Assembly: GCA_964270895.1 (NCBI GenBank)
Contig: OZ185445.1
DNA from: Podarcis filfolensis
Taxonomy: Eukaryota
Direction: 5' to 3' (one strand)
DNA: 64,000 nucleotides
The position numbers were made by a program, and so were the translations under genes. This document shows, one piece after another, positions 36,672 to 49,423 of the stretch. How positions within the stretch are numbered: position 1 is the stretch's first letter; each line of letters starts with the position of its first letter. The notes beneath the pieces were generated by a model. It had not been told where the DNA came from, ran no database searches, and was given only the letters and a program-made list of their open reading frames with translations.

Positions 36672-36743
36672 GAGATAAAGCTTGACCACGTTACCAAATT
36701 AGCACTCGAAAGAGAAATTAATTTTGAGATTGTTTGCAAAAAG
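36672..36743 (+). CDS. SRFBP1: SRFBP1 coding exon 4 (EIKLDHVTKLALEREINFEIVCKK)
   Basis: Long pyrimidine tract plus cag, GTAGGA donor, 72 nt, phase 0 to 0; matches human [24 protein letters not shown]. Confidence 0.94.
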
Positions 36744-36830
36744 GTAGGATTCTTTGTACATTTGTGTTAAGTCATCATGTAAACATGCTTGCAGGAAAGA
36801 ACCCACTTTTGACCTGAGCAAATATATTTA

Positions 36831-37072
36831 CAGTGGTACCTCATGTTACATACTTAATCTGTTCTGGAGGTCCGTTCGTAACCGGAAACCGCTCGTAACA
36901 TGAGGCGCGCTTTCATTAATGGCGCCTCCCGCTGCTGCCGCGCCTCTGGAGCACAACTTCCACTTGCATCCCGGGGCAAAGTTTGCAACAAGGAGCATCT
37001 ACTTCCAGGTTAGCGGAGCGCATAACCCAAAGCTTTCGTAAGGGGGACGGTACGTAACCCAAGGTACCACTG
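36831..37072. mobile_element. Tigger-like MITE
   Basis: TIR cagtggtacct / aggtaccactg, TA on both sides. Confidence 0.85.
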
Positions 37073-40000
37073 TACAGCCATCCCAAAGGTTTGTCACAGG
37101 GTTTCATGTTATGTTGGTGCTGATGGCATATGTCATTGTAGATCCTTCAGAGCACTTTCCTAATGTTCTGACTTTTCAACAACAAAGGCATGTGTAGATG
37201 CCTGCTTTGGTCATGATGGATGCCTTGATGAGATTTCTGCTCTCAGTTGCAAATGTCTCTGTCCTTCGTATTTTTTCCATGCACTGGAAGTTTAGAAGGA
37301 AAAAAGCTCCATACATATCTCATGGAGATACTTTACAGGTGTCTATTTAGATTGTCAGCACTTTTGCTTTTGAGATGGGAGGTGAGCTGGGGGATAGGAC
37401 TCTAGATGTTTTTGTAAGCACTTTACAGCTGATCTGCATTGTCCTATTTTATTTATAAACTAGCATCTCTATACGGATGCCAAAATAAATTGTATTTCAA
37501 ATATCATCTCTGGTGCAGTTGATTACATAGGTTTTAGGTCTATGTCTATCCAAGAAAGAGGGCAAAAGTTGCTGGCTGGCATTTTGAGATACATTTTCCA
37601 GATTTTACATTGGGTGACATTCAACCCTGTCAGACACTTGCACAATGGACTTCTGTTCAAACAATTGGGATTCTCTCTTCTCCTTGAAGCCCTTCATATG
37701 TCCCCAAAATCTGCTGCAGAGACTTGGGGGAAATCCCATTTGTTCCTTTGGAGAAGAAGTCCCATCATGTTAGCTGGTGCGACATTGGACCTTGCTCGTT
37801 TTTTTTCCAGGGATTGTTTTTTCCAGGGAAAAAAGGATTCAGCTGCAAGTTCATCATTTGCAATGAAAACCTTTGTGTTGTAGGTTTGTATTTGCTTGAA
37901 ATGGTCAGCATTTGTTTTAAATATTGTATATTTCCTATGGTCAACGGATAACTTAATAGCAAGGATATCTTATCGCAGGATGGAGCAATTTATTTATTAT
38001 TGAGATCCTTCTTGTTAGTTAATGCATATAGTTAGAAAGAGGCAAACTTCTTGTGCCTGCCAGGGTCCAGCTTACAGCTGTCTTTGAAAGGGGGAGTTCT
38101 CAGATTTCTACCAATGCCCTAGCTTTCCTTTCAAACTTTGCCAAAGCAGAATGAGCCGATGTAGGCAGATTTGCTTACTCTGTGTAATATAATTTAAGCA
38201 TGTAATGTGAGTCTCTTTGGCGGAATTTCTGTTTCTAGCAAAACCACAACATACATACAATTCACCAATATGGTAGTTTAGGGTTTGTTGTGATCTCTTT
38301 TTGTTGTCGTTGGTTGATGTTTTAAAAGGAAAAACCAGTTTATTAATGCAAGGTACAGGAAGCAATGGCATTTCTCCTTCCGGTGCTGCTCAGTGCATAC
38401 ATACATTAAAAGGAAGCGGAAATTATTTTCAACGCTTGGGGAAGATGAAGAATTAGAACGTAGAATTGAGTATGTTTAAGTGGAACAGCGGATTGTGGTC
38501 AACCTAGCACAAAGTTGGCCACAATGTTCTCCACTCTCCTCCCCCATGTGCCCCCTAAATCTGTTCTGGAAGTTCCCTCAAGCCCTCGGAGCAGATTTCG
38601 GGATGGTTTAGGGCATGTCCTGGGGGAGGGGGGAACCCCATTGTGCTAGTGCTGATCATTGCGTCAAATATTTGTGGGGTGGGGAGTCTGCTTTAGAGAA
38701 GTATACAAAGGGAGAGTTTCTCTCATGTGCCCCTCAGTAATGGGGAACCTGTGGCCCACAGGCCTTATTAAGCGGGCCAGGCTTCTCTGTTTGGGTCGTG
38801 AGGCCGTTTCAGCTAAGTCACACCCACCTGTACTATACCTGACGTCATAGATATATGAAATAAGGTACAGAGCAGGAATTGGGGCTTGTCAGCACCAGCA
38901 GCCTATACTGCTCAACACTCAGCTGTGCACTGGGCTTTAGAAGTTGCAAAACACCGACAATCAGCTTATTGGCAATGTCTGCAAAGTACCGTTCTTCAGC
39001 CGTGTGGTTTGATTTGAGACCACACAGACAAAGGGAAACGGGTCATCTGATGATACTGTGATATCAGGTGACTGACAGGTGGATGGCTCCGCCCACCTGT
39101 CAGACAGGGCACCTAGTGGAGAGGAGAGAAGACTCCAGCCCACAGACCAGACCTAGTTCTCCCTCCCTCCATTGCGGTGATCTTACAAGGAGACCATTTC
39201 TCCATCATCAAAAGTGTAAAGGCAAGAGTTTTCTTGGTCCAGATGTGGAACAGTCTGCCTCGACCATCGCTTTTTTGTATTTTTTTGGAAGATAGGTGAA
39301 AACAGGTCTTTTCCCCAATATATATGTGCCAATAGATTGTCAGTTATTTGGGACTCAGTATAACTTTGGCAAGCTTTTATGGCTAATGATTGAATAGTAT
39401 TTTATTGGTAATACTGTTACTGTGTTCTTTGTGAGCCATTTATACACTTCAAAAATAAATTAATAATTAAAAAAAATACTTAAGCAATGCATGGGATGGA
39501 ATGCATGGGAAAGCCCGTTGCTTTTATGCAGTGTGCATTACAGCCACTTGAAATTTGATTCAGAAGTTTTGGAATCCAAATCATGATGTTTCTCTGCTGG
39601 CTCAAGGCCATTCACTTTGAAAACGTTATGTTTCCTTCATGCTAATTATACATTTATGTTGCTTGATAGAAGATGCTGGCATTTGTTACGACATTAATAA
39701 CAGAACACATAATTACTTACTTGGATTTTTAACATTCTTTGCCTTATTTAAAAATTCTGTGTGCAGTCCTTAAGCCAAGAAGAAACAAACTTCTGTGAAA
39801 TCTCTGCTGTCATTTTTAGCTAAATAAGTCTTGGTATTTGTTGGTGACATCTTATACTTAATGTGTACTTTGTAGGAAGTGAGTGCTTGGGATTCTGTCA
39901 ACATGCATCTCATCCTAAAGTCAAAAGATACATGTGGTGAGCAGGTGTCATTGCTTTTGTGATCTGCACATCTTCAGGGCCAGACCTTATACTAAGATAT

Positions 40001-41318
40001 CCCAAATTACTGCAGTGGGGTAGCCCTGTTAGTCTCTTGCTGCAAAAAACAACCAAACCCCAGACTGTTGTAGCCCCTTAAAGGCCCTTATGGCATTATC
40101 TTTTGTGAATTCAAACCCACCTTGTCAGATCACTCTGCTCAGTAGGGCTTTTCGAGTAGGTTAAAGGCTGCTCGGAGTTCCCTGGACACGAATGCAGTAA
40201 GAAGCAAGTTTAATGTTTCTTCATAAGGCACAAGATAAGATACCCTAGGAATAACCTTTATAGAGCCTGAACAGTCCCCTGATTCTGTCTGAAATGGAAT
40301 TGACTGTGGGTGTTTAAAAACCACTGTTTCCTGATAAATTTCCATGGCAAACAGATCCTAACTTCAAACACAAATGGTTGTGGTTACTCTTAAGAACATT
40401 GGCGATGTGGGAATGTTTCATGAAGGTGTAAGATTTGTCTCCCTGTGACTAACTCTGTTCCTGTAATGCAGATGATTCAGCCTTGTGGTCTTCAAAAGAT
40501 TTGTACGTTTGAACTATGTTCTTAAATATTTTCACAGCCTTAAGAATTTGTTGTCTAGCTTAACGTCTCCTTGGTGCCAAAGGTACACTGTCTGCCCGGT
40601 GATTTTGGCTTTTGAACGGAAATGAACTAGCTCAAAAACGGTTTCAAGAGTTAATATCCAGTCCTGGTGCCCGACAGTGTATTTTTCCTGTTGGTCTACC
40701 TCTAAACACTGTGCAAAAGCATAATGGATAGTTTCCATGTGTACTATAGCCTGCCAAATGGCTTTCCCCATCGCATAGATTATTTCTTCACCACCAGGAG
40801 CCTGGGGAAAATTTCAGTGAGAACAATCCATTTAATGGGGTTTTCTGTGGCCACCATACAGAACAGCTGCTACAAATAAGCTGTTTAATGGAGCTTTGCA
40901 ATGGCAATGCAATTCTGAGACCCTGAGAATCCTGAGAAATGAAGGGTCCCCTCCGCTCCTAACTACAGAGGAAGTGAGTTCAGTTCCTAAATCAACGTCT
41001 TACGAATTTTGTCTCATACACTAGTCCAAAATCCTGCCTCATTGTTGAGTCTCCTACTGATGCAAGGCATGCACTTCATACAAGGAGTATGGGCAGCAGA
41101 GATCTGGATGAGATCAGTGGCTACAGTCACTGTGGGAAAGACTTTAAAATATTTTTGTTTTGTTTGGCATTTTAACATCTATGAATAAGCGAGCCTAGGA
41201 TAATTGTTATCCACTATGCAGTTGACTTTTTATTTTATGTTACATTTTTAATGCTATAGCATCAGAAGGAACTTTTAAGCTAAGATTGAGAAGTGAAAAG
41301 AAATGCAGCCTATACATA

Positions 41319-41537
41319 CAGTGGAACCTCTACTTATGGACATAATCAGTTTGGAGGTCCATCCGTAAGTCGATGCAGTTCGCTGGTAGAAGCGCCGTTG
41401 GGCGCAGGCGCATTCGGCGGCAGCGCGCTTTTGCACAGGTGCAAATCGCAGCAAACCCCGTATTTACTTCCAGGTTTGCTGCGGTCACAACTTGGATCGG
41501 GCCCAAGTAGAGGCGGTCGTAAGTAGAGGTTCTACTG
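41319..41537. mobile_element. Tigger-like MITE
   Basis: TIR cagtggaacctctactta / taagtagaggttctactg, TA on both sides. Confidence 0.85.
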
Positions 41538-42288
41538 TACTGACTTTGGAATAAGCCCCAATCAACTTGGTAGAATGTCCTTCTCAGCAAACACACAGAG
41601 CATCAGGTTTTAACTTGATTCATCTATCCATGCAGTCCTGTATCTGCTCATCAGAAGCACATCTTACTGAGTTCCATAGGATTTAGGATTGCAGCAGATA
41701 TGTACTATAATCTGCATACCTTGGATGCTTTGAAAGACTTGGGCCAAATTTTTTGCCATAGTGTCATGGGCATTCTTATGGGAAAATACGACTGCTACCA
41801 TCTTTTGCCAGGGTTTTATGTGCAGAAAAATACTAGTAAGCTATAAAAATGTGGACGTCACATTGTATGTTTAGCGACCCTTTCCTTCTCAACTGTAACT
41901 ATGAATGGGAGGAAATTGAATTTGTTGTAAAATGAAAGATTTTAGTGTTTTCCATTCGTGCATGAACTAAAGGTATTTGGTACTCACACAGAAGCTATGG
42001 CTGCTCTTTGGTCACAAGAAAGTGTTTCCTAGTCCCGTAGGTTGGCGAAAGTAAGTTAGATTCAATTTTAGAAATACAGATTCTAGCTGTTCCTAAGTAA
42101 TAGTCTCACAATAGTATTTGATCTTCAGAAATGTCAATGAGGGTGTAGTTTGGTGTAATACCACTGCCATTGGTAACCTTTCAAGCCCCTTATTACAGGG
42201 TATGCAAACTTAAACTTGATAGGGTTGATTTTCTTTTTCACCTTTGTTTTGTCACTCAACAAGATGCTTCACCATTTTTCTAATACAG

Positions 42289-42370
42289 CCTAATTCTACA
42301 GTAAGAGAAAGAGCCATTGCTAGATTGACAACGCACCCACTACTGAAGACAAAAATTGCCAATATTAAAG
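42289..42370 (+). CDS. SRFBP1: SRFBP1 coding exon 5 (PNSTVRERAIARLTTHPLLKTKIANIK)
   Basis: atacag acceptor, GTAAGC donor, 82 nt; matches human [23 protein letters not shown]. Confidence 0.96.
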
Positions 42371-43736
42371 GTAAGCCAAAATTTGTGCAGCTAATCTTTA
42401 TGCACTGGAGCATGTACAGCTATTGTTGTTGTTGTTGTTGTCGTCGTCGTCGTCTTGAGCTGCAGTGTGTCTAGGCACTGATGACCTTCTCAAACTGAGT
42501 ATTTGCAATAGTCGAGTAAGCTAAATGTATTGTATTCTGTGTACCTGAAATAATGGGAGAGAGAGATCTCAAAAACAGTTCATCTACAGATGCCTAGCAC
42601 GCTCATAAGCCAAATGTTTCTGGGTGTGTCTTAAGATTTTCAGGGCTATTCTACAACCATGTGCACTATTGCACGTATGTATTGTTACTCATACCAGCAA
42701 GTTGAGGGGTTACGCTGACTCATAATTACCACTCTTGCTATTTCCATAGTTGCTAAACTAGTGAAATTAAACAATGATTCAGGAGGTTCTGGTAGAACAA
42801 TGAATACATACTGTTAAAGCAAGACATGCGCAGCTCAGTTTTTGCTTAAAGGCTTTAAGAATGAGATCTTCATGAACTGTTTAAGTCTGTGTGTGATTGA
42901 AAGTAATCTCACTATGCTCACTAGGGCCTGTGACTAAGTAAGTGTGTCTACTTTGGCAGCCAATTTTTCTTGGTAATTTATCTTTTCATCTTCTTTTTTT
43001 CTGAGAGCCCTGAAAAAGAAAGAGTCTCTAATTCCCCCACCTCTGTCTTTACTCTATTACTTGGAGAAACTTGGAGTTTTGCAGCCTTGCATCACTGGGG
43101 TCATCTTAAACTCCCTTTAAATTTTTCAGTTGTCTTTCTCCAGTAGCCGTAACAATATGCTTAAGTGCCTTCTAATGACTTTCTAATTAGATAAAGAGTT
43201 ACTAGCTTTCAATTCTACACACACTTACCCATGAGAAAGTCCCATTGAATTTAATGAGAGACTTGGGGCCATCCCATGGCATAATTGTCGCTGGGAGCCA
43301 TTGAGTAAAAAGTCCAAACACTCCTGCAGTCCTATACTCCTGACTACCTTTCCAGTGCCTCTTGGTGCATGGTTCAGTGAACTGGATGCAGAATCCAAAT
43401 TGTGTGGGTGAGAAGGCTTCCTATGTCCTATAGCAGACATAGGACTCAGCTAGACGGGTAAAGAAAAAATGATTTATATGTGTTGGATGTGCGATATAAC
43501 ATTGTGCCACCAGATGGCGATGTGGAGCCCCATTTTTCTCTACCTGCTTTCCCTGTTTAAATTTACAATGCTTTAAACTGAAACGCTTCTTCGATGGGCA
43601 TAGATCCAGGCTTAGTAGTAGGTATGACTTTGGGCACACTTGTAAAGGTGTTGGTCAGATGCCTTATACTTGATGTAAACATATTCCTCTAGAAAACTGC
43701 CTTCCCTAACACAGACCCTGTCTGGGCCATGTATTC

Positions 43737-44061
43737 TCTACCCCCATCGTTCAGCCTGGGCACTGAGGTCCAGCTCCAAGGGCCTTCTGGCAGTTCCCTC
43801 ACTGCAAGAAGTGAGGTTACAGGGAACCAGGCAGAGGGCCTTCTCAGTAGTGGTGCCCGCCCTGTGGAACACCCTCCCATCAGATGTCAAGGAAATAAAC
43901 AACTATCTGACTTTTAGAAGGCATCTGAAGGCAGCCCTGTTTAGGGAAGTTTTTAATGTTTAATGCTGCATTGTGTTTTTAACATTCTGTTGCGAGCCGC
44001 CCAGAGTAGCTAGGGAAACCCAGCCAGATGGACGGGGTATAAATAATAAATTATTATTATT
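43737..44061 (+). mobile_element. L2 LINE 3' fragment
   Basis: Homolog of 9320-9540 and 9801-9900; ends aataataaattattattat. Confidence 0.85.
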
Positions 44062-44258
44062 CTCTTCCTGCTACCAGAGACCCTCTTCACATGAGGTGCC
44101 ACAGAGAAAAATATATTTTATTCCACCACTACACTATGCGGCCCCACTCCACCACCCACCACAACGAAATGAGTTTGCTTTAGAACCCCTTTTATCATTT
44201 CTGTGTTTTTACCATTTATGCTGCATTATTTTTTTAAAAAAATCTTGCTTTTTTTTAG

Positions 44259-44991
44259 CTGCTGTAAAAGCCTTCAAAGATGCGAGACAGAAGCCAGCAG
44301 GACCCATTTCTTCAGAAGAGCATAAATCGGAAGAACAACTTACCAAACAATCTGAGCTAACCCAGCATTCCAGTAGCAGTCTACATAAGAAAACAATTAA
44401 ACAAGCTGGAAACCAAGACAAAATAAAGGTGAAAGAGAAGCCAGGCTCTGACATGGGAAAAGAACAAATTTGTGTGAGAGAGAAGCTGAAAATGGCAGAC
44501 GGTGAGGAAATACGCCTGTTGGATGATGTTACAGTGCAGGCTGCAGAGCATCATAAATTAGCTGCTCAGGCTCAAGCAGAAAAGTTAGTATATTCCGAAG
44601 TTACAAAATGTTTGGATGACCTCCTGAGTAGAACAGAAGTTGATTCACCTGATAGAGTGACAAGTGAGGAAGCTGGAATGGAGAAGGAATACTTTGATGA
44701 CAGCACTGAAGAAAGATTCTATAATCAGTCTTCTGGCTCTGATGAAAATGATAGCGATGATGACTTCTTCATTGGCAAAGTAAAGAGAACGAAGAAAAAG
44801 AAGGGAGCAGCTGATATTTCATTACCTACAGACCAGAAAGGCAAATGCATCCAGCTCAAAAAGGGCTTGCAGTCTGACACAGCCCAGGACACAGATGCAA
44901 AAGGCCAAAATCAAAGCTCAAAAACAATGAAGCTAGAATCCATGTTTTACTCTTCACTGTCAGAAACAAATAAGTCCAAATCAGTGAAAAG
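44259..44991 (+). CDS. SRFBP1: SRFBP1 coding exon 6 (large exon, start of the Bud22 domain)
   Basis: ttttttag acceptor, 733 nt in frame (AAVKAFKDARQK...EKEYFDDSTEERFY...SDDDFFIGKV...KLESMFYSSL), GTAAGC donor at 44992. Confidence 0.95.
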
Positions 44992-45151
44992 GTAAGCCAT
45001 CAAAACCCTCAATCTAGTTTGCAAACTTTTTGGACAAATGTTTTCACCCTTCAGGTGGCTTACATGCTGTGAAAAGGCTTTGCATATTTTCTGACTAGCC
45101 CCCTCTGTTGAGTCAATTTTTGCATTAGACTTTCCCTAGAGGAGCTGCCAT

Positions 45152-45510
45152 GGGACGCGGGTGGCGCTGTGGGTCCTAGAGCCTAGGACTTGCCTATCAG
45201 AAGGTCGGCGGTTCGGATCCCCGTGACGGGGTGAGCTTCCGTTGCTCGGTCCCTGCTCCTGCCAACCTAGCAGTTCGAAAGCATGTCAAAGTGCAAGTAG
45301 ATAAATAGGTACCACTCCGGCAGGAAGGTAAACGGCGTTTCTGCGCGCTGCTCTGGTTCGCCGGAAGCGGCTTAGTCATGCTTAGTCCACATGACCCGGA
45401 AGCTGTCTGCGGACAAACGTCGGCTCCCTCGGCCAATAAAGCGAGATGAGCGCTGCAACCCCAGAGTCGGCCACGACTGGACCTAATGGTCAGGGGTCCC
45501 TTTACCTTTA
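45152..45510 (+). mobile_element. Sauria SINE, full length
   Basis: tRNA-like head gggacgcgggtggcgctgtgg with B box ggttcggatccc, ACCTTT tail; flanking duplication tagaggagctgccat / tagaggagctactat (13/15). Confidence 0.9.
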
Positions 45511-46088
45511 GAGGAGCTACTATTGTCAGATTCAATAGCTTTAAGGAAGTCATGGAAACTGAGCCTTATTCACGATCAGACCGTGAGCTTGGCTTGGCTA
45601 TCAAACCCCATTTATGCAGAGCGAGTGAAATTCTTAACTTCCTCAACTCTGTAGACCAACTGACAAGTGGGCAGGGTCACTGCTTGTCAATCATCTGATG
45701 TAAAAATGATGCCCAGTGAATAAAGTTGGCCTACAGAGGTGAGGACAGAGAAGTCCCCATGCAGGAATGAACAGTCACTCATCAGCATATAGAAAACGGG
45801 GTTCAATGTGACTTTCATCAAGGAAAACAGCCACATCTCTGCCTGACCTCCACCTCATGTTGCGTATGATGTCAGGTGTGGAATAGATGGGTGTGGTTTG
45901 GAGAAGGTTGCCTTGTGGGACAAATGGGGAGGCCAGGCTGGCCGTATTTGGCCCATGGCCAGAGTTTCCCGCCCCAGATATAGATAATTCTCAGGTCTAT
46001 TTATGTGCTTTAGGTTTCACAGATATCACATGTTTGTTGCACTCAATAATGTCTTGACTTCTAAAAATATCACTTTTTTCTGTTCTAG

Positions 46089-46126
46089 AACTGTAAAAGA
46101 CCACCTTCCCAGAAGTAAAGCAAAAG
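46089..46126 (+). CDS. SRFBP1: SRFBP1 coding exon 7 (38 nt, TVKDHLPRSKAK)
   Basis: cacttttttctgttctag acceptor, consensus GTAAGT donor; 38 nt bridges phase 2 (exon 6) to phase 1 (exon 8). Confidence 0.88.
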
Positions 46127-46545
46127 GTAAGTCAAGTTGATGTTGCTACTTGCATTCATGCAGCATCAGAACAAAATCTCATTTTGTATTTAAACTGTAG
46201 CAGTAGTTTTTCAAATGCATTTAATTGTATTGAATTTTTTTAAAAGCACTGTACTTGAACTTTATAGAGGCTTTTAAATTTTCAGTTTTTGGAAGGACAT
46301 TTTTACAATCTAGGTTTGTACAGCTAATTTTACTAGCCCTACTCGAGGTCAAGCAATCGCTATGATTTTACTGAAGTTTGGAATAATGTGCTATCCTTGT
46401 TTTCATATTTTCCAAAAGGGTTTATAAGGCACAGGAGTCTCATTTTCATATTTTATTAAATTTCGGGAGGAATTCAGTGTTGCACCAAGACGATAATTCC
46501 GTCAGGGAAAGAAAGCACTGTGGCTTGTCATATGTAATATCCCCT

Positions 46546-46548
<3 letters not shown>

Positions 46549-46579
<31 letters not shown>
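46549..46579. repeat. (CA)n microsatellite
   Basis: Visible CA run. Confidence 0.9.
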
Positions 46580-46581
<2 letters not shown>

Positions 46582-47061
46582 CACTGTTCTGCAGGTTCTC
46601 TCTGCCCCACCCCAGGGCCAATTTGGGCCTCTGATGGCCCAAAACTTTACCAATGCTGCATAATTCAGTACTGTTTTATATACAATCAGAAGAAATTACT
46701 TTTGAAAACCACATATCTCTGTACCATATTTTGAAGTTTTGCTTGTCCTCCAAAACTGCATGAAGTTCCACTTTGCATTGGCATGCCTGGAAGCTTTCCA
46801 TAAGATAATTAAAAGAATGCCAGTGGCTTCTGTTTAATGTGTGGATGTAACCAGGTATGTTGCGTCATAAATATATAATAAATAATCACTAAAGCACATA
46901 GGATAAGGTGAATCCTGACTTGTGCTCAGTGGAACTCTGCGATCTCCCCATATCTTTCCCCAGGTGCCCCCTCAAATGCTGCTCAGGAGGGATGGGAGAC
47001 GTTCTGAAACACCATCAGAGGTGGTGCTGGGGGCTACACAGGGAAATGACAGCTCTTTGTA

Positions 47062-47315
47062 CAGTCATACCTCGGGTTAAATTTTCTTCAAGTTGAGCGC
47101 GTTCGAGTTGCGCTCCGCGGTAATCTGGAAGTAACGGAGCGCGTTACTTCCGGGTTTCGCCGCTTGCGCATGCGCAGGTGCTCAAAATGACGTCATGCGC
47201 AGAAGCGGCGAAAAGCAGCGCGCTCGTGCGCAGACGTGCCATCGCTAGATACGTTTACCTCTAGATGCGAACGGGGCTCCAGAACGGATCCCGTTCGTAT
47301 CTCGAGGTACCACTG
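47062..47315. mobile_element. Tigger-like MITE, CpG-rich
   Basis: Ends cagtcatacctcg / cgaggtaccactg, TA on both sides. Confidence 0.85.
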
Positions 47316-47479
47316 TATATTGAGAAGTCTACTGCATCCTAGGTGGGAAATATCCTATCTGTTCGCAGAAGAGCAAATCTGGATCCGACTTCTTATCTCT
47401 GAGGAACCAACTAGAAGCTATATACCTCTGTGGTGTGCGAATTGTCGATGCTCTTAATGTTCTATGAATTCTTGTGCAG

Positions 47480-47658
47480 GTTTTGAAAGAAACGGTCCAC
47501 AGAAACAGATGTTCAAAGGTTTGAGTATGAAGCAAGGTATTAAGAGAGAACAATTGGAACAGCCACTTCATCCTTCCTGGGAAGCGAGCAGGAAACGTCG
47601 AGAGCAAGTATCTCAAATTACAGCATTCCAAGGGAAAAAAATTAAATTTGAAGACTAA
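47480..47658 (+). CDS. SRFBP1: SRFBP1 last coding exon (…[32 protein letters not shown])
   Basis: ttcttgtgcag acceptor; Bud22-family C-terminal motif LHPSW.A...FQGKKIKF; TAA at 47656-47658. Exon lengths sum to 1296 nt = 431 aa. Confidence 0.96.
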
Positions 47659-47793
47659 GGGGGTGTTATTTCTTAAGGACTCTCTTCTTTTCCTCCTTTT
47701 TTTATCTCATCTGTTGACAACTTGTTGACACAGCTGTATAAACTAAAAACAGACATTTCATTTATAGATTTCCAATATAACTGTAATATATAA

Positions 47794-47799
47794 AATAAA
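47794..47799 (+). terminator. SRFBP1: Candidate SRFBP1 polyadenylation signal AATAAA
   Basis: First AATAAA after the stop, followed by a T/GT-rich tract. Confidence 0.5.
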
Positions 47800-48206
47800 T
47801 TGTTGATTTTGAAGTTGTTCATTGCAAGAGGCTTTTTTTCTATAGAAACTATTCTACACTTGTCAGGAATAGCTCCATTTGCCATGTTTTTAACTTCTTA
47901 ATGGGAACTTGCATGAAAGATCATGGGTATCGACAATTGGTGAAGATGCACCTCTTTATCCAGGCCTTAGATTCAATGGAATCCTTTTCCTTCTCCTGCA
48001 TGACTGTTCTGTGCTCCTGTTTTGTTGCTTTGCCATTGGTTGTTTTGTGGTTTTATTTTATGATTTGAATGCAAATTGTACTCGCTTACATCGAGACATT
48101 TTTGTAACGTTTGGGAACCATTCAGTGAAGGGCTAGCTAGAAGTTCAAAAATAATAGGCCTTTCTGGAAATCCCATAGGCAGAAAAAACATTTTGCTGTA
48201 CATCAT

Positions 48207-48690
48207 TGTTGTTGTTGTTTAGTTGTGTCTGACTCTTCATGACCCCATGGACCAGAGCACGCCAGGCACTCCTGTCTTCCACTGCCTCCCGCAGTTTGGT
48301 CAGACTCATGTTTGTAGCTTCGAGAACACTGTCCAACCATCTTGTCCTCTGTCGTCCCCTTCTCCTTGTGCCCTCCATCTTTCCCAACATCGGTCTTTTC
48401 CAGGGAGTCTTCTCTTCTCATGAGGTGGCCAAAGTATTGGAGCCTCAGCTTCACGATCTGTCCTTCCAGTGAGCACTCAGGGCTGATTTCTTTCAGAATG
48501 GATAGGTTTGATCTTCTTGCAGTCCATGGGACTCTCAAGAGTCTCCTCCAACACCATAATTCAAAAGCATCAATTCTTCGGCGATCAGCCTTCTTTATGG
48601 TCCAGCTCTCACTTCCATACATCACTACTGGGAAAACCATGGCTTTAACTATACGGACCTTTGTTGGGAAGGTGATGTCTCTGCTTTTTA
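48207..48690 (-). mobile_element. Bov-B (RTE) LINE 3' fragment with a frameshift
   Basis: KSRDITFPTKVRIVKAMVFPVVMYGSESWTIKKADRRRIDAFELWCWRRLL...; (CAA)n tail; 12-bp TSD gctgtacatcat (48195-48206 and 48691-48702); 2-nt deletion near 48390 relative to the 15389 copy. Confidence 0.93.
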
Positions 48691-48702
48691 GCTGTACATC
48701 AT

Positions 48703-49035
48703 AGGATCTTGGAATTGTAGTTGGAAGCAACCCCAAAGGTAATCTGGTCCAATCCTCTGCAATATAGGAATCTCAACTAGATCATACATGACAGATGGCC
48801 ATCTAGCCTCTGCTTCAAAACCTCCAAGGAAGGAGAGTTCACCATCTGTTGTGGGAGACTGTTCCACTGTCGAACAGCTCTTGCTGTCAGAAAGTTCTTC
48901 CTGATGTTTGGTCGGAAACTCCTTTCTTGCAACTTGAATCTATTGGTTGGGGTCTTAGCTTCTGGTGCAGGGAAAAAGAAGCTTGCTGCATTGTCCATGT
49001 GACAGCCCTTTAGATATTTGAAGATGATTATCATA
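48703..49035 (-). mobile_element. CR1 LINE 3' fragment
   Basis: Minus ORF IIIFKYLKGCH...FKLQERSFRPNIRKNFLTARAVRQWNSLP...LKQRLDGHL is the CR1 ORF2 C-terminus. Confidence 0.88.
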
Positions 49036-49423
49036 TATGGCAAATTATACCATTACACCTTGATCGTGTTTTGTTGCTTATTAAGATGCTGCGGGGCTTG
49101 GCTGTTTTTGCTTGAAATGTCAGAGTTTGTATTAAATTACTAGTTCTGGAACAAATGTATAAACAGAAACCACTGGAAAACAGCATGTGTCTTGCAGTGT
49201 GAATAACTGACATATGCTGTCCAGAAAAGGAAGACTCTACATCAGAGGTCAGGAACCTGTGTCCAAATGTTGGATTCTAGCTCTTGTCAGCCCCAGTCAG
49301 TATGGCAAATGGTCAGGGATTATGGGAGTTGTAGTCCCAACAACATTTGGAGGGACACAAGATCACCATTCGTGCTCTAAACTAATGAATCTGGTGTTAG
49401 ATCATATATTTACCTCCTTACTA

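Noticed and set aside
43973-44995. 340-aa ORF as a stand-alone or N-terminally extended protein
   Set aside because: The first 95 codons run through an L2 tail and intron; homology starts at the 44259 acceptor. It is SRFBP1 exon 6.
48203-48736. Functional 177-aa protein
   Set aside because: Truncated, frameshifted Bov-B fragment bounded by a TSD.
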